This document shows, in pieces, positions 48,186 through 61,601 of a DNA stretch of 64,000 bases; position 1 is the first letter of the stretch, and each line of letters starts with the position of its first letter. The notes under the pieces are model-generated. The model saw only the letters and a program-made list of their open reading frames with translations, ran no database searches and had not been told where the DNA came from. Location: positions 62,001-126,000 of the forward strand of contig NIVC01000344.1 of assembly GCA_002269645.1 (NCBI GenBank). Direction: 5' to 3'. This DNA comes from Macrostomum lignano. Its lineage: Eukaryota. The translations under genes and the position numbers were made by a program.

Positions 48186-48448
48186 AAAATGAGTGTCTGT
48201 CTGCGGCGCTAAAATGAGTGTCTGTCTGCGCCGCCAAAATGAGTGTCTGTCTGCGGTGCCAAAATGAGTGTCTGTCTGCGGCGCCAAAATGAGTGTCTGT
48301 CTGCGGCGCCAAAATGAGTGTCTGTCTGCGGCGCCAAAATGAGTGTCTGTCTGCGGCGCCAAAATGAGTGTCTGTCTGCGGCGCTAAAATGAGTGTCTGT
48401 CTGCGGCGCCAAAATGAGTGTCTGTCTGTGGCGCTAAAATGAGTGTCT
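48186..48448. repeat. 25-bp minisatellite AAAATGAGTGTCTGTCTGCGGCGCC
   Basis: About 10 units. Confidence 0.95.
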
Positions 48449-49343
48449 CTGTCTTTGATTTTTGAGCTTGTGAAATTGAAAAGCGACCCCCATGTCTGGA
48501 TATAATCTGCTAGACAGTGTTATGAACCTCAATGAATAAGGAATGTATAGGGAATTAAGTGCAGTCACATGATGCATCATCTCATACTAGACTCTACGCT
48601 TCCTCAAATTTGCATTGGCGTGTCCGGTACCTGTCCTGGCACTTCTGAACCAAATAAAATTTATGCAGCTGCATAGATGCGCCTCATCTGTCTCTGAAAG
48701 CAATTAGAAGGGAGCTTTATTCACACTAGCAGGCTCCGCCCTGTCTCCTACGGCACATGCTTCCACTGTGCGTGTGTTTTGCATTGAAACTTTTCCCATA
48801 AATGCTTTTGTTTTTCAGTCCAGGGGAAGCGAAGAGGGCGCGCGGTAGACTGGAGAGTCGGGGGCTCTAGTCCGCTGAATGTCAAGCGCCCTGCCCGTGT
48901 GTAAACACGCCAATCCTCATCTTAGCAAGCTTCTTCCTACTTCCCAAATAATACATGCTGCAGGCATACATGCTGACGCGGTGGGAGACGAAAACTTCCT
49001 GCATAAGAGGGGCAAAACTGCATGCATTGGCGATGCGCTAATGCCACTGGGGCCTATTATATTCTGTTTGATCCCGGGCGAGCGGCAACAGTCGGTGTCG
49101 AGCCTGCCGGATGTTATTAGTCAGGGGCATTTGCGCTGGCAAAGAGGCACTTTAGCTAAACCGTGAGTTGATTGAACTGTTCGGCTCTGCTGCGAGTCTC
49201 CGGGGGATTCTGTGGATTTTTCGAACCGCAATCTCTACCTGCCACTCAACCTTCGTTCCAAAGTTGCCACTTCTTTCCAAATACACCCTGACTCTTTATT
49301 TACATACTGTCTCTTTTCCGCATTTACATCCTCTCCCTCCCGT

Positions 49344-49830
49344 ATCCTGTCCCTCCCGGATCTATATCCTGTCCCTCCCGGATCTATATCCTGTCCCTCC
49401 CGGATCTATATCCTGTCCCTCCCGGATCTATATCCTGTCCCTCCCGGATCTATATCCTGTCCCTCCCGGATCTATATCCTGTCCCTCCCGGATCTATATC
49501 CTGTCCTTCCCGGATCTATATCCTGTCCCTCCCGGATCTATATCCTGTCCCTCCCGGATCTATATCCTGTCCCTCCCGGATCTATATCCTGTCCCTCCCG
49601 GATCTATATCCTGTCCCTCCCGGATCTATATCCTGTCCCTCCCGGATCTATATCCTGTCCCTCCCGGATCTATATCCTGCCCTTCCCGGATCTATATCCT
49701 GTCCCTCCCGGATCTATATCCTGTCCCTCCCGGATCTATATCCTGTCCCTCCCGGATCTGTCCTGTCCCTCCCGGATCTATATCCTGTCCCTCCCGGATC
49801 TGTCCTGTCCCTCCCGGATCTATATCCTGT
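49344..49830. repeat. 22-bp minisatellite CCCTCCCGGATCTATATCCTGT
   Basis: About 21 units. Confidence 0.95.
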
Positions 49831-49997
49831 ACCTCCATGATCTATACCCTGCCTCATCACCTCTAGCTACATGTATAGGGCTTATAGAACTACAACTTAC
49901 AATCATGGCACCCCACTTCATGTCTCTACCCTTTACACGTGACCAATTGTTACTCTATATCAGTCATTGATAACCAAAATGCTCTGCACCCATAGCA

Positions 49998-50285
49998 GCA
50001 ATGGTTACCGAATGAATCGAAGCCCGGCAACCAACAACCGCACCGGACAGTGACATTTTCCAATTCCGTGGTCGGGACAAACCGACGCGCGTTATAAATG
50101 CATTCGGAGCAGCAGGTGAAACTGACTGTTGGGTTGATGAAGCGACATTTCCGTCTTAGAGAGAGGGAGGAACACTTAGGGATAGAGAGATTTAATCTGG
50201 CCGAGCGCTTTGTGCGAATCCCAAGACTGTCACCTGCACCGCGTGACGCCTCTCTCGTCCTCCTGCACGGTTTCACTGCAACAGC
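49998..50285 (+). pseudogene. Possible decayed PIF/Harbinger transposase C-terminal fragment
   Basis: Fragments SNGY, DARYK, QVKLTVGLMKRHFRL and SLVLLHGF resemble DSGY / RYN.AH / VE.TIGLLKRRFRCL / AC.VLHN. Frameshifted and weak. Confidence 0.3.
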
Positions 50286-52528
50286 ACCCATCAATCCGAT
50301 GCTTCATTCAGGTGCTGGCTGGGGGATTTGGGTGCATGTTTTGACATGGGACTGTTCGTATATGCATGTAGCTAATAAGAGTGAACTGGTGATATTTATG
50401 AAGACAGGAGAAATCTCCGCTAGGAAACTTAATAGCGCATCAGAGGCTCGGAGCTTCTGAAGCAGGACCGGCTTTGGGGAGGGATTTACTCGAGTTACAC
50501 AAGAAAGCGCGAGGGAAGCCCCTCCACCCAGTCGCAGAACCTGCATGCGAACACTATCCGTGTGCTCGTTTCGCTGCTTATTGCTCTCGCTCGCTTCCGA
50601 CTCGCACATGCAGCCGGCGGTTCTAACTGTCGGGCACGCGATGCTGCAGTGCCGCTCCATGCCCCTGAGGTGATTTCTCCGCCCATTTCTCCACTATTTT
50701 CACTCTCTCACACGCGCGCAGATTTCATCCCAGGCGTTAGCTGCCCAGATCCCCCTTTTCTAATACAGTCCCCGCTAGTAGGGGATCGTGTCGACGCCTC
50801 GCCTTATCCCCTCCCCCAGTTTTTCTTCCCGCCCCCCCCCCCTAAAGACTGAGGGGTGCGTTAATCAGGTGGGACCGGCCCCGCCCCACTACTCCCTCAC
50901 TCCGCGATCCTCCCAGCCTTCTCTCTCCCATGCACCCATGCGCGCATGTTCTTCGCACTTTTTCCGCCTGCTTCTTCCGCTCTGTCTGTCCCTCCGTGTC
51001 TCTTTTCACTCTCCCCGCCTTGGGCACCCCCGCCTCTCTCCCAGGCAGTCGTTTTGTCTCACTAGCTACTATACTCTCCTATCACTTTCACTCTTTTTCC
51101 GCGCACGCTGGGGGAGATCTGGGTGGTGCCGAATGAAATAAAAAGCCAGATCGTTTTTTACACATTCAATCACTTGAAATCGCAATCAGTTGCAGAGCCA
51201 GAGAGACTGGTTCGATTCCCAAATTTCAATGACCATTCGCTAGGGTTTCAAAAGGCTGTCCAAGGTAAGCTCTCTAGTTTTTTCTCTAGTTATCTACCTG
51301 CATGACGATTTGAAAGTCGGAGCCGCTGTACACCCAGTGAGGCTGCGTGTGTACGTGCTCAGGGGTCAGCGGAATGGGCTTGACTGCTCACCTCCTTGCT
51401 CGCTGCGGGTCGGCTGTCGGATTCATATGCGACACAATGCCCCAGCCCCGAAACTAGGTAGCAATCGAGTAGAAAAACTTATAATAAGCCGTAAAAAGTC
51501 CATGCATGGCTGCAGCAGCATGTTGCGCCCTAGAGAGAAACCGAGAGACAGACATACTGACAAACAGCTTTCCACACAGAGTCGCATTATTTCTAGACTA
51601 GCATACAAGAGCTAGGCCTGCACTATACCGAGGCAGAAAGTGGTCAACCAAGAAAAAAATGTTACAGGCCGCCAGCTTTTTGAATAGGAGCAAAGAGAGA
51701 CTTCGTTTCTGCAACAATAGACCTGCGACGGCGTCTGTGCCGCGTCCAGTGGAACAGACCGAAGATGCGCGCATGTACGAGTTGTGTCATACGGCTCAAG
51801 TCAGGGGCGGGGACAGGCAGAGACAGGCAGAATAGCACAGCATATAGCCAGTAGTGGAATAATGAAAATTTTTAATAGCTGGCGAGGAGACAGTACCCAT
51901 TAGAGCATGAGAATGCAAGAATTACACACCGTCCGCGAACCCACCTCACTCAGCAGTGCTTTATATACATGAATGCAGGCGGGAGTCTCTGTGCACTTGA
52001 CAACAGATGAATAGCGCGAACGCGATAGAGGGGGGACTAGCCTTTTCTCTGTAATATGAAATTTTCTTGGCGTCCAGCACATGCTAGCTAGTATATAGCA
52101 GCTGCATAGATGCATGCCTTTCAGTGCGCGTTTTTTTAACACGCCACAGAACAGTTTTTAATCTGCGGCCGCTACAGAAGCCAATGAGAGAGCCGCAGAC
52201 AGGGAGAGGCCTCTGCCAGCTCTCAATAGCAGCACATGTAGAGGCAGCTTCTCTAACAATAGAAAAATGTCTTCTAATGCATGATGGCAAACCATATTGA
52301 GCCAAGCGTATAGCTCTGTCTAAAAGGAGGGCTCTATAATATTCTACTACAGCCTGCTACCTCTCGAGTGAGTAGAAGTTTCGACTTGGAAACTTATCTA
52401 ATTGCAGGGCTAACTGGATCCAAAGCCCCCCCCCCCAATACACCTCAGACCTGTTGACTCCCATCGGGGCTGCCCCCACCCACCCACCACCCCATTCCTC
52501 CCCAAGGTGGGCGCGAATCATCTGGCCC

Positions 52529-53584
52529 ATGGACTCCTCGGCCGCAGCAGCGAATCGGCGCAAGGCCCAGGCGCCCAAGCGGCTGATGCCCCAATCGTGG
52601 GCCGGCCAGCAGCAGCCGCAGCAGCGACGCCAAATAAGAAGCGGCAGCATCAGCGAAGAGGAAGGCAGCAGTTCGACACCGACAGAAGCCGCAGATGAGA
52701 TGCAGCGACAATCGAATAGCGATAGACAAAGCAGCCGCATGAGCCTGAAGGATTATTTTGCAGGCGTTCAGGCCATCGCTCAGCAGGCCACTGCGGCTGC
52801 CACAGCGGCGGCGGCCGCTCCGCTGGACCTCACGAAGACATCAACAATCAGCGCGAACGGTGGCAGTGACGGCGGCGGCAGCAGCGGAAATCTGCCAGCG
52901 TCGCTGCCCCCGCTCGGTCCGACGGTTTTCCTGCCGTTCCCGCTGGGCGGAGCGCCGCACCAATCGCCGCGGCCGCAGTCGTCCTCGTCGCCCTCCTCGT
53001 CCACGTCCGGCATCGGCGGCGCCGCCAACGGCTCCCAAGCGCCAAGGACGCTCGAAAAGTGCGCGGAAGCCGCCCTGGAGGAGACGGCGGGCCTGGCGTC
53101 GGCGGTCAGCCGAATGCTGCGCGGCCTGCAGCAGCCGAGCTTATCGGAGGTGCAGAAAGCGCGCGGCTTTATCGACGGGGCTCAGCAGCAGCTGGCCGAG
53201 GCGCAGCAGGTCTTGGCCGAGTACGAGAGGCTGCTGCAGACTCTGCAGGCCGCCCAACAGCAGCGCCAACTCCAGATGCAGGAAATGGCAGTGGCAGCGG
53301 CAGCGGCGGCGACAGCGGGTGTGTCTGCCGTGCCCATAAGCGGACATCAGCAGCAGCCACCGCTGCCCCTGACTAGCCTGAGCAACCAAAGCCGACACCG
53401 GCTGATGAACCCGACTTATCAGCAGCAGCACCAGCTGGAGCCTCATCATCAGCAGCACCAGCAGCAGCAGCAGCAGCAGCAGTCGGCCGCTGCCAAGAAG
53501 CCTCGCAAAGACCCCCGATGCCAGGACGGGCCGGAGAAGGACTGGGTGGATCCGAGCTTTGTACCCACGGTGTCTGAGGACGGG
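52529..53584 (+). CDS. BEN-domain protein, exon 1 (Gln/Ala-rich N-terminus with PLDLT motif and coiled coil)
   Basis: Acceptor CCCAAG|52507, ATG at 52529, open frame to VSEDG|GTGAGC (intron starts 53585); phase 0 joins 59841. Confidence 0.8.
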
Positions 53585-54023
53585 GTGAGCTCCCTTCAAG
53601 TGCATTAAAATCTCTTTCAAGTTTCTTTGGCTTAATTGATTTTTTCGATTGTGGAAAATTTACACTTTCGTAGGAGATTCCCGAGCCCACCTGTGCGTTC
53701 AATCACTCTCGCACAAGAACAGGTCAATGGGTCACGTGTCGCGTTGGGTAGGACGGCAGCGCATCTTGGTGTCATCGCTTAACACCGCTGGGTGTTTGAG
53801 AGGCCTATAGCGAAACTGATAACTAACTGCATTCTTTTCTGATTTTCTATTTCCTTTTATGCCGACTGTCTGATTGTCTGTGTCGGGAACACCTGGCTTG
53901 AGGGGGTGGGCTGGTTCAGCTGCAAAATGTTTTATTGAATTCTGTAGAATTTTTCTCTGGTTTACTTCGTAGCCTCCTGTACTGCGTTCATTGGACAATG
54001 GGCAGATTTCATGAGACTCCTTA

Positions 54024-54345
54024 TCTCACCCTCTCTCCCCCCTCTCCCACTCCCACCCTCTCTCCCACCCTCTCCCACCCTCTCCCACCCACTCTCACCC
54101 TCTCTCACCCTCTCTCCCACCCTCTCCCACTCCCACCCTCTCTCCCACCCTCTCCCACTCTCACCCTCTCTCCCACCCTCTCCCACCCTCTCTCACCCTC
54201 TCTTTCACCCTCTCCCACCCTCTCTCACCCTCTCTCCCACCCTCTACCACCCTCTCTCCCACCATCTCCCACCCTCTCCCACCCTATCTCCCACCCTTTC
54301 CCCCACCCTCTCTTTTACCATCTTTCACCCTCTCTCCCACCCCTT
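54024..54345. repeat. Pyrimidine-rich CTCTCCCACC/CTCTCACC repeat
   Basis: Direct reading. Confidence 0.9.
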
Positions 54346-57300
54346 CCCTCTATTATCTCTTTCCCTATCCTCCTTGAGCTATTTCTCCCCAATCCTCAGT
54401 TCCCCTCAATCTCTCTCAGGCAATCATTCCTACATCAATTGCAACATTTTTCCATGCAGACCCTAATCTGCGTTGGAAATTGTTTTTTTGCAGATGATTT
54501 CTTCTTAGAAGGATAAAGCAATTGAAAGGCGACTCCATAAATAATTGTTACAGTTTGACGTAGAGCAGAGAGAAGACAAGAGAGGCAGGCAGAGATGGCC
54601 TCCCGTACAGGAACTCTGCAATAAGGCCGCATTCAGATTTGTATCCAAACCTGGAGAGAGATGGGGCACAGCAGCAGAATGGCAAGACACGGCACGGCGC
54701 CAGCTATAGAGAGAAGAAAACAGGTGCAGACTAAAGTGGCTGAGCAGCTGAGGGGCTGAGCGCTTGTGTTGGGTCTCAAAGCCCAGCTTTGAACAGACAA
54801 ACAACATTGAATATTGGATTTGTTACCAATGGCAACCACTGCCTGTATAGCAGATGCCTAACCCGACCCACCCGCCTCCATGTATTGAAGAATCCTTATT
54901 CAATAATTCCATTCCATTGTTGATTGACGAACAAACGCCTGTGTGTTTTGTTATTTAATGAATTGCCCCGGGGAGTGAGTGCATTGGAGCCGGTGCAACA
55001 CTCTTAACTGCGCACGGGATCTGGGAAGGGGGGATTTTCAATGTAAGCTGCACTTGCTACACGGTTATGTTACTTAGCAGCTCCGCTGTCACTGCGCCGA
55101 TAGTTCATCCGCTCCAGCCCCTGTTTTTATGGCTCGCACGGAAGCAGCAAAGCTCTTCGTCCGATTTGTAGGCCAAGTCGCGGTTTACCCCACTGTCTTT
55201 CGCTCCCGCAGCGAATAATACCGAAGCCCCACGCTGGAACACCAATTTTGCCGATTTTTATTCGACAATTATTCGAGCTGAACTTGCTTAAACAAGTTTT
55301 AGAATTAAGGGAAGACATGGCGTCTAGCTGAGGAATCGATATTTACAAATGATAGACTCATGACCATTAAGGCAAAGATGACTATTGGAAATGGCCCAAG
55401 TGTGCCCACTAACTCCCATGTTTTCGTGTCCCACCCCTGTCCAAAATAGCTGCGGCATTGTTTATTATAGCATCAGCTTCCTCCCCATTCCTCAGTTTCT
55501 CCTGCGCACAACTGAACTGGCTTGGTGCCTCTCCGGCCCTTCATTTCCCCGGGTTTTTTAGCCAGCTCCGCATCAAGCCTCCCCCATCCACTTGTCAAGC
55601 CTCCGTGCTCCCGTGGGCCGTGTAAACGGTGTAAACACACGAGTGGCAGCGGCCGGAGGAAGGGGCGGCCACCACCTGTCCCAAGCCTGTCAGGGAGGAG
55701 AAATAGATGGACAATAAGGGGCTGCTGGACGCTTGGCGCTGTTCTAGTGGCTTATTTTTTGTTATAACAGACTCGAGAGCCGCGCGTGCGACTTCAGTTA
55801 TGTTCATGTACTGTCCAGTCACAAAGACCAAAGAGAAGTGATAAAGATCCCAAGGGACCCCGAAACTTCAGGATTTTTGGAGCCCTTAGGGTTCTACTAA
55901 AACCCTAGGCTTACTGGTGGAGAGGGCACTTGTTGCAGTTTTTGCATTACCGGATCGCGCAGACCTCACCTGTGCTGTGCCTCTCCGTCCCTGTCATCCG
56001 CGACCTCCCCGTTCTCCCGCTGCGTACACTGAGCCGCATTTCCTTGAACTTATCTTATTCAAAATTTAATCCCGCAAATAATAATTTCCCTGTTTTATTG
56101 CAATGTGCCTGAAATAACAAAAAGAGGACAGTATTCGTTCGGCTGGCTCTTGGATTTTCAATCGAACGGAAGGCGGCGCCAATTATTAGAACTGCAGGGC
56201 TGTTGGATTGCTAGCTTGGATGGGAAGTTGTGAATGGCCAGATCCCCAGATCAGAGACTATGAAGGGATAATGGGAGACAGATAAAGGAGAGATAGGTAA
56301 GTCGAGAGAGAGAGAGAAGTGAGAAGGTGTAGAGAGATAGAGACGTAGGGGCAGGTAGACAGACAAATAAGTGAATTTCAGCGTAAGAATCCATTTCAGA
56401 AGGTTTTACATCCCCAACCTGCAGTGTCTCTGCAGTTCCGTTTGCAAGTCTCTCGCTCGAACAGCGTCAAACAAAATCGCAAATTGTTTACAAAATGCTC
56501 GCACCAAACCTAAAAAAGGAAACTGTATGGCATTTATAAGCTGGCTAAGAATGCGCTTTGATGGTCAAGAAGCCTTCGGCACAGATAGAGGCGCTCGATA
56601 ACAATTGCTGTGCAAAAGCTGCTCCCATTTCCGGATGCCTTATTTTTGCAAGTTGGCTGCTGCACTGAAAATAGCCAATAAATCAGCCAGCCAGCTTTCC
56701 ACTTGCTTTGCGCAGCCATTTTTATGCCCTCAAACAGTTTTGACCCTCTCTCGAGTATCATGTGGCAGCTCGGGAGGGGGGGAGCCTTCCCGTGTTGCTA
56801 GGGTGACAAACTTTATGCAGGTGGATGGGCCTGTCATGCTGCCTGCAACGGTTGTTCTCCCAAAATTTGCATCGGTTAAAATGCAACGATTGCAATTATT
56901 GATAATATATACCAATTCCTCCATGGATACCAAAAACACCATGGTTTGGGAAAACAACTACTGCCATGGGAAAATGGTTAAAGAAGTTCGGGTTTGTCTA
57001 AAATGTGTAACCTGATCCAACGACTCAGTCTTGAACTCGAATCTACAGTGTGTACGAGGGTAAGCAACACTTCCTCCAAAACACGGGAGGATCTCTCACT
57101 CTAGAAAAGGTCGATAAACAAGCCAGTCAATTTCAAAAAAATTACTAGTTAGGACTTCTAGATATTGGCACTCAACAGCCAATAGAATAGAATGGGGGGT
57201 ACCATGATGCCAAAAGTCGAAAAGGAGCAAAACAAAAATAACTCAGTCAGATTAGCACTCCATTTTTTTCTTTCCTCCATGTACTGAATGCACTGGCGAG

Positions 57301-58091
57301 ACGACAAATACGCCTTGACGGCTTACAGCTCATCTCAAAGAAATTCGAGTGTAAGCGTCCTTCTACTTCAGTTGACCATGGTCCGTATCGAGCCAGAGCC
57401 ACTATAGACCAAAATGACCAATTGGGCGTTTTTTTGTTTCTAACGAAAACATTTCTTTATCTCTTTGCAGTTCCACAGGGTTGGGACTCTTTATCGAAAT
57501 GAAAGCAAGTTAGAGATAGAGAGAGAGAGAGGAACGGACGGACAGACAGACGAAGAGATAAAGACGGATTCTGCAGAATCTGGCGAACAAACAGAAGCCG
57601 CATGCTTCTACGATGCAGATTCGCACGCATGTGTGCCACCGGCCAGGCGGGCTAGCGGGCCAGTTTATTGTTTTGCCATCGTGACGGTTGACGAGACTAG
57701 CGGAGACTCCTCCAAAGGATGAGGGGCCTTAGGGGAGTGGGGCGCAAGTTTGGCTTAAAGGTTCAGTTTTGGGATCGGGTTAAGGTGAGGGTATGAAGCA
57801 GAGAAAGTCTAGCGAAAACTGGCCTGCCTGCTGGTGCGACCACCCACAGGCCTCCGGGGGGCACTTCACAGTGAGGGACTTTGAATTCGCGTGGCTAGCC
57901 GAAGATTCCAGCGTAGAACTTTCGCATAGAGTCAATAAACTGGCCTGGTGGGCAGTGGGGCCGGCTGCCTCTGGGCCGAGTTAACGCAATCTGCAGAGTT
58001 AGTATTTTGTTGTTGCTGTGGCGAAAACTAACTACCGATTAACCTGCGGTGACTTGGGGTCTGAGGAATTGGCGTAGGCATGCTGCAGCTT

Positions 58092-59067
58092 GGGAGAGCG
58101 TGAGACAGGTAGAGGGTGAGACAGGGAGGGGTGAGACAGGGAGGGGTGAGACAAGGAGAGCGTGAGACAGGGAGGGGTTAGACAAGGATAGCGTGAGACA
58201 GGGAGAGGGTGAGACAGGGAGGGGTTAGACAAGGATAGCGTGAGACAGGGAGAGGGTGAGACAGGGAGAGTTAGACAAGGAGAGCGTGAGACAGGGAGAG
58301 GGTGAGACAGGGAGGGGGTGAGACAGGGAGAGTTAGACAAGGAGAGCGTGAGACAGGGAGGGGTTAGATAAGGATAGCGTGAGACAGGGAGAGGGTGAGA
58401 CAGGGAGAGTTAGACAAGGAGAGCGTGAGACAGGGAGAGGGTGAGACAGGGAGGGGTGAGACAAGGAGAGCGTGAGACAGGGAGGGGTTAGACAAGGATA
58501 GCGTGAGACAGGGAGGGGGTGAGACAGGGAGGGGTGAGACAAGGATAGCGTGAGACAGGGAGAGGGTGAGACAGGGAGGGGGTGAGATAGGGAGGGGCGA
58601 GACAGGGAGAGGGTGAGACAGGGAGAGGGTGAGACAGGGAGAGGGTGAGACAGGGAGGGGGTGAGATAGGGAGAGGGTGAGACGGAGAGGGTGAGACAAG
58701 GAGAGCGTGAGACAGGGAGAGGGTGAGACAGGGAGAGGGTGAGACAGGGAGAGGGTGAGACAGGGAGAGGGTGAGATAGGGAGAGGGTGAGACAGGGAGG
58801 GGGTGGGACAGGGAGAGGGTGAGACAGGGAGAGGGTGAGACAGGGAGAGGGTGAGACAGGGAGAGGGTGAGATAGGGAGAGGGTGAGACAGGGAGAGGGT
58901 GAGACAGGGAGAGGGTGAGATAGGGAGAGGGTGAGACAGGGAGGGGGTGGGACAGGGAGAGGGTGAGACAGGGAGAGGGTGAGACATGGAGAGGGTGAGA
59001 CAGGGAGAGGGTGAGATAGGGAGAGGGTGAGACAGGGAGGGGGTGAGACAGGGAGAGGGTGAGACAG
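58092..59067. repeat. Purine-rich 16-17-bp minisatellite GTGAGACAGGGAGAGG
   Basis: About 60 units with variant classes. Confidence 0.95.
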
Positions 59068-59592
59068 TGAAAAGGTGATATAGGAAGATGATTAGGCAGG
59101 TGGAATGAGACAGAGATTGAGATGTGAAATTAAGCCAGCTATTTAGCTATCTGTAGTTAACAGATAGCTAAACATAAAATTACGGAAATCAATCTTCCGT
59201 ATTTCGTGTGTCTGCCTTATAAAAAAGTAAAGCATGTGCGTGCGTGTCTTGCAATGAATTTGAAACTACGGTATAAAATGGATCACATTTTCGTGGGAAA
59301 AAGATCCCAATAGACCCCGGCTGCAAAACAGCATACCACAGCTAGGAGATGGCCCAGCAAACAGTCTTAATTTTCCCTCATTTCAGAAAGAGCTCATAAA
59401 AATCTAACTAAAAATTTCAGAACTTATGTATTCCCACGAAAAACTAATTACGATGGAAACACCCTATTTAGCGTTGATTAAATAACCGAGGAGTTCATAA
59501 AAATCCTGACATTAATTTATCATTAAGAAACTTCATTCACTACTTAAAATCATGCTATCGTAAGAGTACGTACTCATTTTAGTACCCTCAAC

Positions 59593-59737
59593 TCCCATTT
59601 TGTCGCTCCATCAAATCTCATTTTGTCGCCCCATCAAATCCCATTTTGTCGCTCCATCAAATCTCATTTTGTCGCCTATCAAATCCCATTTTGTCGCCTA
59701 TCAAATCTCATTTTGTCGCCTATCAAATCCCATTTTG
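59593..59737. repeat. 22-23-bp minisatellite ATCAAATC(C/T)CATTTTGTCGCCY
   Basis: About 6 units. Confidence 0.85.
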
Positions 59738-59840
59738 GCGCACCTTACCTTTGACTTCGGCGCTCTCTAACTCTTTGTTTTCAAAGTTTTGACACCTGCT
59801 GGCACAAGATCCTCAACCTACCCGATTCTCCCCAATGCAG

Positions 59841-60054
59841 AAGTTCGTGATCCTCTCGGACGCGCACCCGGCAGTAAGCATGAGCCTGGCCGACTATCAA
59901 GAGTCCATTAGTCGCGCATCCGGCAGCGCAACTCGACATCTGCGAATCCTAATGAAGCACTTCTTCTCCCAGGGCACGCTGGCCAAATCTTCGCTAACTG
60001 GCAACGGCCAGTACAAGGAGGTGCTGGATGAGAATCTCACCATGGGAATCCGAG
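59841..60054 (+). CDS. BEN-domain protein, exon 2 (N-half of BEN domain)
   Basis: GCAG|KFVILSD...SATRHLRILMKHFFSQGTLAKSSLTG...LDENLTMGIR|GTAAGT fits the BEN pattern (helix, FF, L..S.LTG, LD...I). Confidence 0.8.
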
Positions 60055-60430
60055 GTAAGTTCTTTTAGAGGTTACTGTAGCAAATTCAAAATGCACTACT
60101 GACTAAGTAGCTTGTGATGCACTATTTTTGGACCTCGCAGTTTCAAGTTTATTTAATTATTCTATAGTAGGAATACTCAAGAACTACTCAAGTAGAACGA
60201 CGAGAAACTACGTTCCTTGGAAAAGTTTAATAGGCTACCCAAACAATGCATTACAAAGCGTCGAGGTTTTTATTTTGTCAGCACAAAAAAATGTCATTTC
60301 TTTTGATATCAGACAGACTCAATGCTCATCTTTTGCTATGACTTGCCTTAGCCCTACTGACATAGGTAGAGCTTTTTGTTTAGAAAATTAGGATTTGAAT
60401 GCTAATGTATTTTTTCGGTAAAATTTGCGT

Positions 60431-61207
60431 CTTAAAAATACCGTTGTTCCACTTCAGTATTCCTTGAAAATACCAAAAACGTAGTTGTTTCCCGTTGTTC
60501 CACTTCAGTATTTCTTGAAAATACCAAGAAACGTAGTTTCCTGTTGTTCTACTTCAGTAGTCCTTGAAAATACCAAGAAACGTAGTTTCCTGTTGTTCTA
60601 CTTCAGTAGTCCTTGAAAATACCAAGAAACGTAGTTTCCCGTTGTTCTACTTCAGTAGTCCTTGAAAATACCAAGAAACGTAGTTTCCCGTTGTTCTACT
60701 TCAGTATTCCTTGAAAATACCAAAAACGTAGTTTCCCGTTGTTCTACTTCAGTAGTCCTTGAAAATACCAAAAACGTAGTTTCCCGTTGTTCTACTTTAG
60801 TAGTCCTTGAAAATACCAAGAAACGTAGTTTCCCGTTGTTCTACTTCAGTATTCCTTGAAAATACCAAAAACGTAGTTTCCCGTTGTTCTACTTCAGTAG
60901 TCCTTGAAAATACCAAAAACGTAGTTTCCCGTTGTTCTACTTTAGTAGTCCTTGAAAATACCAAGAAACGTAGTTTCCCATTGTTCTACTTTAGTAGTCC
61001 TTGAAAATACCAAGAAACGTAGTTTCCCGTTGTTCTACTTTAGTAAACCTTGAAAATACCAAGAAACGTAGTTTCCCGTTGTTCTACTTTAGTAGTCCTT
61101 GAAAATACCAAGAAACGTAGTTTCCCGTTGTTCTACTTTAGTAGTCCTTGAAAATACCAAGAAACGTAGTTTCCCGTTGTTCTACTTTAGTAGTCCTTGA
61201 AAGTACC
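60431..61207. repeat. 48/49-bp minisatellite CTTGAAAATACCAAGAAACGTAGTTTCCCGTTGTTCTACTTCAGTAGTC
   Basis: About 16 units in BEN-gene intron 2. Confidence 0.95.
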
Positions 61208-61601
61208 GAGGCAGACACAGTCGGTACCGGTAAATTGAGCTGCGTGGACAGACACTGAAGTACAAATACTAAAGCATAAAAGTATGCTTTGCCGGATTTC
61301 TAATGCAAAATTCCAAAAGATGAGGCATTCTCTAGGAGCTATTTAAGGCTAAAACTTATAGAAAACTTCCTGTCTCGCTAACGCATTTGACGCAACAATT
61401 CATTAAGCGCAGTGACTACTATAGAAGTAGATGCTTCATTTCCTAAAAAAATATTCTTATATACATTCTCCCGAAAACAATACAAGAACAAGAATTATAA
61501 CACTAATGTCGTAAATTTCGTACTTCTCTAGTAGTTTAGGCAAGCGCTGCAAAAACTAATCATAATAATACCTCTCCGCCACCACCCGCTGCGCCTACCA
61601 G

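Noticed and set aside
49168-49970. 232- and 252-aa ORFs; likewise 53935-54516 and 58032-58987
   Set aside because: Derived from 22-bp, CT-rich and GA-rich repeats; no domain signal.
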